From a bacterium (GTDB lineage Bacteria; Armatimonadota; Fimbriimonadia; Fimbriimonadales; Fimbriimonadaceae), in contig JAIXUN010000001.1 in the NCBI GenBank assembly GCA_027483535.1, positions 101,432 through 165,431 on the forward strand: 64,000 bases of DNA. The letters are read 5' to 3'. The notes beneath the pieces were generated by a model that was not told where the DNA came from, ran no database searches, and saw only the letters and a program-made list of their open reading frames with translations. This document shows positions 28,410-38,691 of the stretch, piece after piece (position 1 is the stretch's first letter; each line of letters starts with the position of its first letter). The translations under genes were made by a program, and so were the position numbers.

Positions 28410-29414
28410 ATGCTGCAAGTATCTGAGGCGATGCTGCTCTCCTCCCTGGCACTTGGTCTCCTTCTCAACCAACCAATCCTATTGGTGCTTAACAAAGGCG
28501 ACAACACGGTTTGGATCACCGACATGGGTTCGGCGAAGGTTCGGGCCAAGCTGCCGACGGGTCCGAACCCCAATGAAGTTGCGATTTCTCCCGACGGGAC
28601 CATCGGTGCCATCAGCGATATGGGGACCGGCCGGGAGCCTGGGAAATCCATCACGCTGGTTGATCTGAAGAAGGATGTCGTCTTTCGAACCATAAAGATC
28701 GACTCCCAAGCGCTGCCCCACGGGATTCACTGGCTGAACAACAGGAAACTTGTCTTCACCTCCCACGCAACGGACAGCGTCGTAGAGCTCGATGTGGAGA
28801 AAGGGGAGATCACCCGGACCATTCCCACCGAGCAAAAAGGAACGCACTTGGTTGTGTTCTCCCCCGACCAAACCATGGCATACACCGTGAACGCCGTATC
28901 CGAGACGGTGAGCGTGATCGACTTTGTTGCGGGCAAGGTTCTCAAACAGATCACCTGTGGAACTCGAGCCGAGGGAATCTCGATCTCTGCAGATGGGAAA
29001 TGGGTTGCGTGTGGAAATGTCGCTGCCAACACCGTGTCCATCATCGACACGAAATCCCAAGCCGTTTCGCATACGATTGATGGAGTGGGCGGTCCCATCC
29101 GAACTCTCTTCTCAGGAGATGGCAAACACCTTGCGGTCAGCAGCGTGGGTTCTGGCAAGCTGGAGGTTTACGAGACTTCCTCTTGGAAGAAAACAAAATC
29201 GGTTGATCTGAAGCAAAAGCCCGTCGCTAGCCCTCAATACGGAGACCAGTGGCCCGTACCCATGAATCTCTTCCGGATGAAGAACGGCAACCTCCTGGTG
29301 GTTCTTGTGACCTCGCACGTCGTTGCGGAAGTGGATACGAAGCGCTGGGAAGTCATTCGCACGTTCGAAACGGGTCCCCTTCCCGATGGCATGGCGGTCG
29401 CAGGTGGAATCTAG
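28410..29414 (+). CDS. YncE/YVTN beta-propeller repeat protein
   Basis: Repeated TG..P..VAISPDG / VSVID blades; signal peptide. Confidence 0.88.
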   Translation: MLQVSEAMLLSSLALGLLLNQPILLVLNKGDNTVWITDMGSAKVRAKLPTGPNPNEVAISPDGTIGAISDMGTGREPGKSITLVDLKKDVVFRTIKIDSQALPHGIHWLNNRKLVFTSHATDSVVELDVEKGEITRTIPTEQKGTHLVVFSPDQTMAYTVNAVSETVSVIDFVAGKVLKQITCGTRAEGISISADGKWVACGNVAANTVSIIDTKSQAVSHTIDGVGGPIRTLFSGDGKHLAVSSVGSGKLEVYETSSWKKTKSVDLKQKPVASPQYGDQWPVPMNLFRMKNGNLLVVLVTSHVVAEVDTKRWEVIRTFETGPLPDGMAVAGGI

Positions 29415-29486
29415 GCATCGTCTGTGAACCGGAATTGTTCGTTCCGAACCGCTTGACGTCTTCCGGGTGATCCTCAAAAATAGGGC

Positions 29487-31292
29487 GTGGTGCTTGCAAC
29501 CTTCTCGACGCTCGTTCTGCTGGGCTCTTCTCAATCGCAAGCCACGCTCACAAACCTCTCACCCGGAGACTCAGTCGTTTCGATTCGGGCGGTGGAGAAG
29601 TTCCCTCCACTCGCTTCGGACTGGAGCCTTCTGCCGTGGAAAGACCGGTCTGATCAGTTTCTGGACTTAGTATTGAGGCCCGCCGCGCAAGGCGAATATC
29701 TGCCCCTTTTCTGGTGGGACGACACGCAGATTTGGGAAAAGAAAACCACATTCGGCTTGCCGAGCTTTATCGGCATGAAGGGGCAGTGGCAGGTCTTTCG
29801 CAACGCCCATGAAGCCATTGTTACGTCCGGGACGGTTCTGAGCGGGGCGTTGATCGGTCGAGACATGACGCAGGCTCGTCTCCCGGGAAACTCTTCGGCC
29901 GTGAACCTGGTGGGCATGCAATCTGCCTACTTCTCTCCGACGGAGAAGGTTTTTCTGGACGGGATCGGGAGCAAGTCTGGGCAAAGTTTTTGGTACGACC
30001 TCTTTCCGAACATCCTGGTTGGGGCGTTAGTCGCCAAGTATCCGGATCAGGTCGATCTGTCGTCTAAGTGGGAAAACGCCTGCCGTCAATGGCTTCGGGC
30101 GACAAACTCGATGGCGGGCGGAGCCGGATTCAATCACCAGGGATTCGAGATTGCAACCAATCGGCCATTCTTCAAGACGCATCGAGAGACAGACGCTCCG
30201 GCGGGTTTGGCCTATTTGCTCTTGGGCGGATACGGCAAAACGAAGGACCCGAAGTTGCTAGAGGGCGCAAAGTCGTGCCTGGATGCCCTTCAGAAGATCC
30301 CGGTGGATGAGAATCCGAACTACGAGATTCTCACCGCGTTCGGGGTGTACGCCGCGGCCCGGATCAACGCCGAACACCAAGGCAAGTACGACGTTTCCAA
30401 ACTTGCGAACTGGTGTTTCGATCCGAGCTACGTTCGAGGGCGATCACCGAACATGCCAAAGACTGACCTCGGCGATCGGTACGGGGTGATCGGCGGGGTT
30501 TGGGGCAAGCGACCCGTGGCGGGCTTAGTGGGCGCCTCTCACTACACTATCAGCGAAAAAACGGGACCCTCGGGCTATGGTTTCGGTTTCGACACCTTCG
30601 CCTATGCCTGGCCTCTGGTGGCGGCGGTTCGGTACGAACCAAGACTGGCTAATAGTGTCGGGAAGTGGATGTCTCATGCGGTCGATTCGGTGCGGCTGAC
30701 CTATCCGGACCAGATATCTAAAGACAAGCAGACCTGCTTCGATTGGGCAAGCAAGAACACCTTCGCCATTCCCTACGAGGGGCTCATGGAGCGGGACTAT
30801 CGCACCGGGGAGCCGGGTCCCTTTGCGGCGGGCGATCCTCTGCGGGCGGGCTGGGGTCCGCTGGATTTATCCATTTACTCAGGATCCCTCGTCGGTGTTT
30901 TTGGGGCACTCATCAAACCGAGCCCGAATCCAAAATTGCTCCGCCTTTCGCTGAACGCCACCGATTTTCATGCTTTGCCCAGCTATCCAACGGAGCTCTT
31001 TTACAATGCGAATGCGATTCCCGTTAAGGTGCCGTTAGCGATTGGTCCAGATATTCGGCTCTACAATCTCACCGGCCGCCAATGGGTCGCCTCCCCGGGA
31101 GTCACGCTCGCTCCCGGGGAGGCGATTGTGATCGTAGAGACGCCTGCCAAGTACCCACCTGTTCGCACTGGGGGCAAGTTGACGGTGAACAACATCGTTG
31201 TCGACCACGGAATCGTTCCTCTTGCGGCGGAGGCCCGATCTTCGTTCACAGAATTTGCAAGACGAGGAACCAAAGCATCAATCAGCAAGTAG
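29487..31292 (+). CDS. Secreted hypothetical protein, possible (alpha/alpha)6 carbohydrate-active enzyme
   Basis: 601-aa ORF with signal peptide; Trp/Tyr-rich helical segments (SFWYDLFPN, ETDAPAGLA, NPNYEIL); function inferred only. Confidence 0.6.
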   Translation: MVLATFSTLVLLGSSQSQATLTNLSPGDSVVSIRAVEKFPPLASDWSLLPWKDRSDQFLDLVLRPAAQGEYLPLFWWDDTQIWEKKTTFGLPSFIGMKGQWQVFRNAHEAIVTSGTVLSGALIGRDMTQARLPGNSSAVNLVGMQSAYFSPTEKVFLDGIGSKSGQSFWYDLFPNILVGALVAKYPDQVDLSSKWENACRQWLRATNSMAGGAGFNHQGFEIATNRPFFKTHRETDAPAGLAYLLLGGYGKTKDPKLLEGAKSCLDALQKIPVDENPNYEILTAFGVYAAARINAEHQGKYDVSKLANWCFDPSYVRGRSPNMPKTDLGDRYGVIGGVWGKRPVAGLVGASHYTISEKTGPSGYGFGFDTFAYAWPLVAAVRYEPRLANSVGKWMSHAVDSVRLTYPDQISKDKQTCFDWASKNTFAIPYEGLMERDYRTGEPGPFAAGDPLRAGWGPLDLSIYSGSLVGVFGALIKPSPNPKLLRLSLNATDFHALPSYPTELFYNANAIPVKVPLAIGPDIRLYNLTGRQWVASPGVTLAPGEAIVIVETPAKYPPVRTGGKLTVNNIVVDHGIVPLAAEARSSFTEFARRGTKASISK

Positions 31293-31294
31293 TG

Positions 31295-32314
31295 ATGCTT
31301 GTGAAATACTTATTCTCAAAATTGGGATTGATAGCCCTTTCTGGGGTGATTATTGCCGGTTGCGGCGGCTTTGGTTCAAATTCAGTTTCCGACACTCGCT
31401 TTTCAAAGATTGAAGAAGTTCTCAGCCGAGTGACCGCTGCCAGCGAGCGTCAGTCTCTTCGAACTCAGAACTCTCGCAGCGCGACTCGGTCCCGCGCAAA
31501 CTTTGGCATTGACTCTGAGGATTTCATCAAAACCGCGCGTCGGGGAATGCTCCTTCCGCCAGCCCTCAGTTCTCGTGATGGAGATGGTGGCGGAGACGGT
31601 TCCACGGGTGGGGGAGACGGCGGTTCCACGCCTCCCGAACCATCCTTGCGGGATAAGTACAAGGTCGGCGATCGTATTTTTGAAGAGATCTACCAACTCC
31701 ACGCAATTGTTGATGAGTGGGAGATCGGCGAAAATGGCGCTTTTTTGGGTGAGTATGTCAAACGACAAGCCTTCCGCTTCTTCGAGGACGACACCTACTC
31801 CAAGTTGCTCTTTACTTCGCGCGGCTCCACCGACCAAAACGCTGATGGAAGTTGGACATTCACGCAGACACAGGAAGTAACGAACCCGCTTCCTTGGATG
31901 GATTTCATTCGGACCTCGTTCTCAAACACCACGAATTTTGAGACACAGACGGGTCGGCTATCGAGCGAAGTTGAGGCAAAAGATTACATCTTCTCTTCCT
32001 CTGGAACCTACGGAGCAGGTCTCTCCAGATGGGAGGGCGCATACACCTGGAAAGCAACCGGCGAGCGAGTCACCTGGCTTACGACCTACGACTCCGAAGC
32101 CGGCACAGCTCGGTCCCAATACAATGATTCGACAGGATACGCCCTTGATTGGACGACCAACTCGGACGGGTCAGGTTCGTTTACGATCACCAATCCAAAC
32201 GATCCCCTCACTCCGGCAACCGCTACGTTTAATGCGGAAGGAAAGGGTGTGATCCGATTCGCCGACGGAACTGAGAAGGAATTCGACCTGTACGCCGACT
32301 CCATTTTCGGCTAG
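31295..32314 (+). CDS. Hypothetical lipoprotein
   Basis: Lipobox IIAG-C; G/D/S-rich linker; beta-hairpin-rich C-half; ORF track start 31082 overlaps the previous gene. Confidence 0.7.
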   Translation: MLVKYLFSKLGLIALSGVIIAGCGGFGSNSVSDTRFSKIEEVLSRVTAASERQSLRTQNSRSATRSRANFGIDSEDFIKTARRGMLLPPALSSRDGDGGGDGSTGGGDGGSTPPEPSLRDKYKVGDRIFEEIYQLHAIVDEWEIGENGAFLGEYVKRQAFRFFEDDTYSKLLFTSRGSTDQNADGSWTFTQTQEVTNPLPWMDFIRTSFSNTTNFETQTGRLSSEVEAKDYIFSSSGTYGAGLSRWEGAYTWKATGERVTWLTTYDSEAGTARSQYNDSTGYALDWTTNSDGSGSFTITNPNDPLTPATATFNAEGKGVIRFADGTEKEFDLYADSIFG

Positions 32315-32331
32315 TCTCTCCCATCCCTAAC

Positions 32332-32370
32332 GTTGCTCGCTTCAAGCTTGAAGAACTTGAAGCGAGCAAC
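32332..32370. repeat. 15-bp perfect inverted repeat between co-directional genes
   Basis: GTTGCTCGCTTCAAG-N9-CTTGAAGCGAGCAAC, no T tract. Confidence 0.8.
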
Positions 32371-32436
32371 TTCGAGCATTTCTCCCGATCACCGTGGGAG
32401 GTTTCCGTTTCAACCGACTTCACATAGAATGAGCCT

Positions 32437-32781
32437 GTGAAGTTAACCGTTCGGATCATAGATTGCCCTACTCATTCCCCGGGCGAAGGGGCTATAGAAG
32501 TTTTTTGGCAGTCGCGCATTCGGCCTGACGAGTTCACTTCCTCTCCCGATGCGACTTGGACGATTGAAGTTCCGGAAAAGGATGGGAAGTGGACGGGCAA
32601 CTTCGTGGGTCGAAACTCGGACGGTCGACGGTTCTTGTACTTTTCTTGGCAGAACGAACGAGGGATGCGATTTCGCCGAATCAAGCTCTATCAGGAGCAA
32701 GTGACGGGAGACTCGGTGATCATTCGCGGGACGATGCCGGATGGGTCCCCCGCTTGCTCGACCGCGCGAGTCGTTAGCTGA
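32437..32781 (+). CDS. DUF5990-like protein
   Basis: GNFVG....RRFLYFSW....FRRIKL...I.GT.PDGSPACST pattern; TAGAAT 6 nt before GTG. Confidence 0.75.
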   Translation: MKLTVRIIDCPTHSPGEGAIEVFWQSRIRPDEFTSSPDATWTIEVPEKDGKWTGNFVGRNSDGRRFLYFSWQNERGMRFRRIKLYQEQVTGDSVIIRGTMPDGSPACSTARVVS

Positions 32782-32813
32782 TCGCCCCTGTCTGAACCCG
32801 ACTATTTGGCAAG

Positions 32814-32850
32814 AAAAAACTCCCCCGAGACCGTGTGGGTCGGGGGAGTT
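32814..32850 (-). terminator. Intrinsic terminator of PEP-CTERM gene
   Basis: AACTCCCCCGA / TCGGGGGAGTT stem with T tract on minus strand. Confidence 0.75.
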
Positions 32851-32880
32851 GATCATCCGCGAAGCGGAGAAGGTTTTTTC

Positions 32881-33693
32881 TTACTTGCTTCGCTTTCGGC
32901 GAACAACGGCGAGAGCGCCAAGACCAAGCGCGATCAGCGTGCCGGGCTCCGGCGTTTGCTGAAGGTTATAGTTGTCGAAGTAGGCATAAGCCGTTGCTCC
33001 GTTACCAAGACCCAGGTTAAAGATTCGCGAGGTCATATCGAAGTCAAAAACCGTCATTCCGGTTCCCGTTCCGGTGTAGCTCAGATCAAACCCACCCGAG
33101 AGAACGGGCACTCCGTTTACCTCATAGGAAACGACCGCTTCGGTCTGGGAAGCATATTCAACCTTTACTCCGAATCGGTTCCACGTTCCCCGCGTGACGT
33201 TGGGAACATCGGTCAAGAAGAAAGCGAGGGCACCCTGGGCGTTAGGAGCCAAACCGATGACTCGACCGTCACCGAGAATGCCGACCGATCCGAGAAGACT
33301 CGTTCCCCATGCCTCGAGCCCAAAGAATGCATCATTGTTGGCAATGGTCGGAAGGAAGATATCGACGGAAGAAGACAGCGTCCGCTGCGGTGCCGAGTAA
33401 ACGTAACCCGTTGCACCGTTCACGTCCGCCCATGCGAAAGACGAACCCGTTGCCAAGGTTCTTTGAAGTTTGATGGACTGAGTACCGCCGTTCGCTTGCT
33501 CATTGCTGAACGTGTACGTTCCAGACGTTTCGATACCGCCGTAGTTGCCAGTGGAGATGCCACCCTGGACAGCTGAACCAACCAAGAACGAGCCCAATGC
33601 ACCCGATTCGAAGTTGTCGTTTGCAATGACGGTTACCTGCGCCTGCGCCGCCACCGCGCCCAGAAGGACGAGAGAGATTAAGCCAATTTTCAT
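32881..33693 (-). CDS. PEP-CTERM protein (beta-sandwich/lectin-like)
   Basis: MKIGLISLVLLGAVAAQA signal; TPEPGTLIALGLGALAVVRRKRSK; ORF track extension to 34047 not credible. Confidence 0.9.
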   Translation of the reverse strand: MKIGLISLVLLGAVAAQAQVTVIANDNFESGALGSFLVGSAVQGGISTGNYGGIETSGTYTFSNEQANGGTQSIKLQRTLATGSSFAWADVNGATGYVYSAPQRTLSSSVDIFLPTIANNDAFFGLEAWGTSLLGSVGILGDGRVIGLAPNAQGALAFFLTDVPNVTRGTWNRFGVKVEYASQTEAVVSYEVNGVPVLSGGFDLSYTGTGTGMTVFDFDMTSRIFNLGLGNGATAYAYFDNYNLQQTPEPGTLIALGLGALAVVRRKRSK

Positions 33694-33898
33694 TTTAACT
33701 ACCGGGTGCCGAAATCCACATCGATCACGGACACACCCTATGTTAACGCGCAATTTTACGGATACAAGGAAGAAAGAACGTAACCGGCAAAAAAACTGGG
33801 GCTCCAAGCAGTTTTTACAGCATTTTCGGGCAGTTGAAGCGCCTCGATGCCTCATACAACCGTAAATCAACCCCGGCTGGGTGGATCGGCGGTCGTCG

Positions 33899-34450
33899 CT
33901 ATATTTCGTCTTGGTACCAGTCTTTCGCGGGATTGAAATTGGTGTCGCCGCAACCTGGAACTTGCTCGTAGCCAACTTCAATGGCGACCACTTTCCCACC
34001 TTTGATAATGTAGTCGTTGTAAAGATAGGCAAAATCTGCTCCCTCATGGTCCACTTTCACGGCATAACGCCAAATGAGGGAAGCCTTCATTCTGTGAACG
34101 TAATCCGGCGAACTAAGTTTCTCTTTCAACTCTTTAGATTTGATGCCAAGAGCGATTCCGTGCTTCGTCACTTTGTGCAGGCGACGTGTTTCGCGCTGAC
34201 TGCAAAACTTTTCGCTTTCGCAGGTGCTACGGGGTCCAAGGCGGACCAAAACGTGGGAATAATCGCAATCCACAACTTTTAAGGCAACGACATCTTCCCT
34301 TGGATCCAACCAAATGACTTGGGCAACTTCTCGCCTCCGAACCGACAATCCAGCGACCGCATCGGTGACCCTCGGCGAAACTCGCTTAATCGGAGGCTCG
34401 AGCCTTACTGGACTGAACGTAACTGCGGCGAGAATGGCGAGACCGATCAT
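33899..34450 (-). CDS. Secreted hypothetical protein
   Basis: 183-aa ORF with signal peptide, starts 3 nt after the S10 stop. Confidence 0.6.
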   Translation of the reverse strand: MIGLAILAAVTFSPVRLEPPIKRVSPRVTDAVAGLSVRRREVAQVIWLDPREDVVALKVVDCDYSHVLVRLGPRSTCESEKFCSQRETRRLHKVTKHGIALGIKSKELKEKLSSPDYVHRMKASLIWRYAVKVDHEGADFAYLYNDYIIKGGKVVAIEVGYEQVPGCGDTNFNPAKDWYQDEI

Positions 34451-34453
34451 TTC

Positions 34454-35887
34454 CTAGACACCCTTCAAAAAGTCCGCGACATCGACCTTGAGCTTGTCAA
34501 GACACTTCTCGTCGATGTACATCATGTGACCCGCTTCATAGTACGCCTTTGTGATGTTACTTTTGAGGGAAAAATCCAAGCCTAGGTGAGCAACAGTGTG
34601 CTCCGTCGCAAAATACGGCGTGGCGAGGTCGTAATAGCCCGATGCGATGAACACCCGCATGTGAGGGTTCTTCGAAAGAGCCGCTCGTAGGGCTTCGCTG
34701 GTGTCTGGGTGACCCGCGCCCGCGTCTCCATAAGACCAATTCTTCCAAAGCTCACCCGGATTGAAAACGTAATACGGCATATCCGTTTCCCAACCCAAAT
34801 CTCGGGAGAGGAAGTCGTTGATGGTCGACGTGTAGGGGGGCAGAATGATCGTCATCGACGGATCATGCTCGGGGTTCTCAGTCGATGCATTTTCGTCGAT
34901 TCCCTTGAACCGGCTGTCCAATCGCCCAACCGTCCGGCGATCCTTCCTGAGCAGTTCTTTGCAGAAGCGGTGAATGTTGACTCGAAGGTCGGTGGATTCC
35001 ACATATTCGGGGCTGAGGCCAGTGAGCGAGGCCAGTTTCGTCGCAATTTCGGAACGCTCAGAGTCGGTGAGACGATCTCCCTTCGCAAGCGCAAGAACGT
35101 ATTCCCCGTTCGCAAAAGTCTCGGAGTCTTTCAAGGCCTGTTCGAGAGTCTGCGTTCCCAGTTTCTTGTGATACCAAGCGGTTGCGGTGTAGGTTGGGAG
35201 AAAGAGTGGGTAGGGCAAATCGTTGCCTTTGTTGAATCGAGCGGTTTGGAAGTTGAGAATGCTGGAAACCAGGACGATGCCGTTGAAGGCAATCCCTTGA
35301 TCGATCAGGTGTCCAGCGAGTCCCGCCGCTCGGGTGGTGCCGTAACTCTCGCCCACCATGTACAAAGGCGACGCCCATCTCTTGTTGCGCGTGAGATAGA
35401 GGCGGATGAACTCGCCGATGGAAGCGATGTCGCCTTCTAGACTCCAAAACTTCTTCCCACCATCTTGCTTGGCGGGTCGGGAGTACCCGGTGCCGACGGG
35501 GTCGATGAAAACGAGGTCGCAATGCTCCAGCCAGGTGGCGGGGTTGTCGACTAATTCAAAAGGAGGCGCGGGCATGTCTCCGTCCGGCTCCATCTTTACG
35601 CGCTTGGGTCCCACGGTTCCCAAGTGCAGCCAGACCGAAGACGACCCGGGTCCACCGTTGAAGCTGAACATCAGCGGCCGCTTGGAGCGATCTTCCACGC
35701 CGTCTAGCGAGTAGGCCATGTAGAAGACGCCCGCCTCCACCTCGCCAAACTCGTTCTTGATCGGGAGCATGCCAACCGTGGCGGTGTATTTCAGGTCCCC
35801 AACCTGATGGTGCGTGACTACCGGAACCTTCTCAACATCTAGTGGATAGGCTTTTTCTGACTGGGTCGGCGACGGTTGATCACTCAT
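34454..35887 (-). CDS. S10 family serine carboxypeptidase
   Basis: FNGGPGSSS, FIDPVGTGYS, GESYGT, SGYYDLATP, EAGHMMY. Confidence 0.93.
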   Translation of the reverse strand: MSDQPSPTQSEKAYPLDVEKVPVVTHHQVGDLKYTATVGMLPIKNEFGEVEAGVFYMAYSLDGVEDRSKRPLMFSFNGGPGSSSVWLHLGTVGPKRVKMEPDGDMPAPPFELVDNPATWLEHCDLVFIDPVGTGYSRPAKQDGGKKFWSLEGDIASIGEFIRLYLTRNKRWASPLYMVGESYGTTRAAGLAGHLIDQGIAFNGIVLVSSILNFQTARFNKGNDLPYPLFLPTYTATAWYHKKLGTQTLEQALKDSETFANGEYVLALAKGDRLTDSERSEIATKLASLTGLSPEYVESTDLRVNIHRFCKELLRKDRRTVGRLDSRFKGIDENASTENPEHDPSMTIILPPYTSTINDFLSRDLGWETDMPYYVFNPGELWKNWSYGDAGAGHPDTSEALRAALSKNPHMRVFIASGYYDLATPYFATEHTVAHLGLDFSLKSNITKAYYEAGHMMYIDEKCLDKLKVDVADFLKGV

Positions 35888-36112
35888 TCCCCGAGTATCT
35901 CACACCGCGCATCAGCGGGTGAAGCAAGGGGAAAAACCACTCGGTCTGGACGTTTCGGCACCTTCTTCGAAACAGGACTTCAATGAGAACAATGCAGGAA
36001 CAAACTCTACGCGGGCGTTGTTTTTAGCCGAATGAACGTTAGCCAATGGCCGTTAACTGATTAAAGCAGTCATTTTTCGTACCAGGACTAGCCGTCATTT
36101 CTGGATATTTGA

Positions 36113-37645
36113 ATGTTTCACGTCGACCTAGATTCGCCCGCGGCGAGACCAATACGGACGCTGTTTTGGGTCCTTACCGCTGCAGCAGCTTTGATGCTCG
36201 CACCGATTCGGAATCCAGGATTCCTTGACTATATGAACCACCTCGCGCGGTTCTTTGTGATGACGCGAGACTTCCACACTCCGTTCTATCACGCACATTA
36301 CGTCGATAATTTCCATATCTTCCCGAACCTGGGCGTTGACCTTCTTGTGGTTGGATTAGGTCAGATCCTGCCGACCGAAATCGCCTTGAAGCTGGTTGTG
36401 ATGAGCTCGGTTGTCCTGGTCTGTGCAGGCTTCTACCGCCTTTCTCTGCAAGCCCACGACAACAAAGTGTCACCCGTCGTGCTTCTCTTTCCGGTGCTGG
36501 CTTATAGGTTCCCTCTCTTCTTGGGCTTTCTCAACTTCTTCCTTGGGATGGCGCTACTTCCATGGGCGCTGATGGCGTTACGCTCTAAACCGGTCAGCCA
36601 CAAGTGGTATCTAGCGATCTTTGCCTGGGCGATTTCGCTTTACTTCACGCACTTCTTTGCTCTTCTGGTTTTCCTGTTCCTTGCTTTGCTCGATAGCTTC
36701 TTGGATCCGGAAAAGGTCTACCAAAACGGACAGCGGGCCGCCCTAGCGGTGACCCTGTTGCTAGCATTTGTGCTCTATAAGCTGAGTCCTACCAGTCAGG
36801 AGCAGTCGGGAATCGTGTGGTCAAGCCCGGCCGACAAAGTGAAGTTCTTCTTTGCGATCTCAGCGTTTGGTCCCTATTGGATCCTCCCAACGATTCTGTT
36901 CTTCGGCCTTCTGATTTTCATCCTGATTAGAGGGAAAGTTTCCTACGCATCGAAGGATCTCCGCTGGGTCCTCGCGATGACGGGCCTTTTCCTAGTTTGT
37001 CCGTTTGGTTTAGCCATCGCGGCTAGCTACGATGCTCGACTCCCGGTGCTCCTGTTCGCACTCGTGATCTCTTTAGGCACCGTCAGAGCGTCTTCAGACA
37101 CCCTTCGCAAGGGAGTCACCTTCGTTGCGGCAGCCCTGGCTGTTACTCACCTCGGGATCACCTTTGCCACAATGCGCATCACGGATCGTGAAACGGCGAG
37201 AGTTGCGAGCATCTTGAAGCCGATTCCATCAGGAGCATCGGTGGTGACGGTGCCGCTCAATCCTTCCTCGGCCCGGAATCGTTGGACCTGGTGGCCCAAC
37301 CTCAACATGATCCAGTTCGCGGCGGTTCCAGAGCGTCCCATGCTTGTCCATGGAATGTTCAGTTTCAAATCACAGCAGCCGGTGCTGATCAAGGATTCGG
37401 TAATGAACGCTCTCTCCATTCCAATCCTCGACCCCAGCGGAGACGTGGCAGTCCAACAAAAAGGTTACGACTCCTGGCGAGCCAAATTGCCAACCCTCAT
37501 CGAGGGAACATCGCTGAAAGAGGTTTACGTCCTGGTCATCGACTTCGAAAGATCCGGTGCCAGGATCAAAACCGACGACGAGGTTCTGTATGCCGACAAC
37601 ACGTTCCAGTTGATTCGGTGCCTCCTTCCAACCGCGAGGGAGTGA
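36113..37645 (+). CDS. Multi-pass membrane protein, putative GT-C glycosyltransferase
   Basis: DYMNHLAR, PNLGVD, GFLNFFLG, YDARL motifs with about 11 TM helices and soluble C-tail. Confidence 0.6.
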   Translation: MFHVDLDSPAARPIRTLFWVLTAAAALMLAPIRNPGFLDYMNHLARFFVMTRDFHTPFYHAHYVDNFHIFPNLGVDLLVVGLGQILPTEIALKLVVMSSVVLVCAGFYRLSLQAHDNKVSPVVLLFPVLAYRFPLFLGFLNFFLGMALLPWALMALRSKPVSHKWYLAIFAWAISLYFTHFFALLVFLFLALLDSFLDPEKVYQNGQRAALAVTLLLAFVLYKLSPTSQEQSGIVWSSPADKVKFFFAISAFGPYWILPTILFFGLLIFILIRGKVSYASKDLRWVLAMTGLFLVCPFGLAIAASYDARLPVLLFALVISLGTVRASSDTLRKGVTFVAAALAVTHLGITFATMRITDRETARVASILKPIPSGASVVTVPLNPSSARNRWTWWPNLNMIQFAAVPERPMLVHGMFSFKSQQPVLIKDSVMNALSIPILDPSGDVAVQQKGYDSWRAKLPTLIEGTSLKEVYVLVIDFERSGARIKTDDEVLYADNTFQLIRCLLPTARE

Positions 37646-37672
37646 ATGAAAGGCTCTGGTAACCTCTGATTC

Positions 37673-38686
37673 TTGCAACGGCGGAATATTCTTTTCAGCA
37701 CCACACGGGGGTGGAACAGCGGCGACGAGTTCATTCTGTTCGGCGTTCGGCGAGTTTTGGACGATCTCGGGATCGAATACAACCCGGTGATCTTCAACCG
37801 GCACCCGAGCATCACGCCAAAGAAATACACCGCCAAGCGTCCCTTCTTCCCCGCCAAAGCGGCTCCCCACCTCGATAACTCGCATTCGCTAGAAGGGTTT
37901 TCTGGGATCGATTACGTGGTGTTCGCGGGTTCACCGGAATGGGTTGGCGGACCCAGAAACGAGGCCCTTCAGAAGTTCATTCTTGAGAACAATCTTCGCT
38001 GTGCCTTTATCGGCATGGGACTCGCGGGTCCAAGAACCATCGGCGAAAAGCTGGACCGCATCCTCAAGGAACGGACCGAGGTTTTCTTTGCCAGAGACGC
38101 GGCGTGTTACGACCTTGTGAAGCAGTACCCGAACACTCACTTTCAGGTCTGCCCATCCATTTTCAGCGTCCCAAACCCCACTCTCCGAACCGTGACCGGA
38201 CCGAAGAAGGTCGGGTTCGTCATTCAAACCGATAAGACGCCTCATCAGAAGATTTCTTCCGAGTTAGAGACTTACTGTTACGCCCAGTTTGAGATGCTCC
38301 GCAAGAAGTTTCCGACCACGCTGATCGCGCACTACATCGATGAGTTTAAGGCGGCGCGGAGTCGAGGCTACGATGTGGCCTATTCGAGCTATTCCGAGGA
38401 CTACCCGGACATTTTCCGACGCTTCGACGTGGTGGTATCTACACGGGTTCACGGCTGTGGCATGTGCACATCCATGGCGATTCCAAACGCGATGATCCCG
38501 CACGACAAGCGGTCCGATACGGTCACGAAGTTTCGCAGCTACATCGCTCAGCCCGGCGAGAATTTGGCGGATTGGGTGGAGAACTTGGACGTTGAGAAGA
38601 CCTCCGCCGCGATGCTGGACTATCGCCAAGAGATGCACGAGGTTTACATGGGACTTCTCAAAGGCAAGCTATCCGTGCAAAGTTAA
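37673..38686 (+). CDS. Polysaccharide pyruvyl transferase family protein
   Basis: WNSGDEFI, FARD, STRVHG motifs. Confidence 0.85.
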   Translation: MQRRNILFSTTRGWNSGDEFILFGVRRVLDDLGIEYNPVIFNRHPSITPKKYTAKRPFFPAKAAPHLDNSHSLEGFSGIDYVVFAGSPEWVGGPRNEALQKFILENNLRCAFIGMGLAGPRTIGEKLDRILKERTEVFFARDAACYDLVKQYPNTHFQVCPSIFSVPNPTLRTVTGPKKVGFVIQTDKTPHQKISSELETYCYAQFEMLRKKFPTTLIAHYIDEFKAARSRGYDVAYSSYSEDYPDIFRRFDVVVSTRVHGCGMCTSMAIPNAMIPHDKRSDTVTKFRSYIAQPGENLADWVENLDVEKTSAAMLDYRQEMHEVYMGLLKGKLSVQS

Positions 38687-38691
38687 GGGCA

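Noticed and set aside
32881-34047. 388-aa version of the PEP-CTERM ORF
   Set aside because: The extension overlaps the neighbouring gene and precedes a clear signal peptide at 33693.
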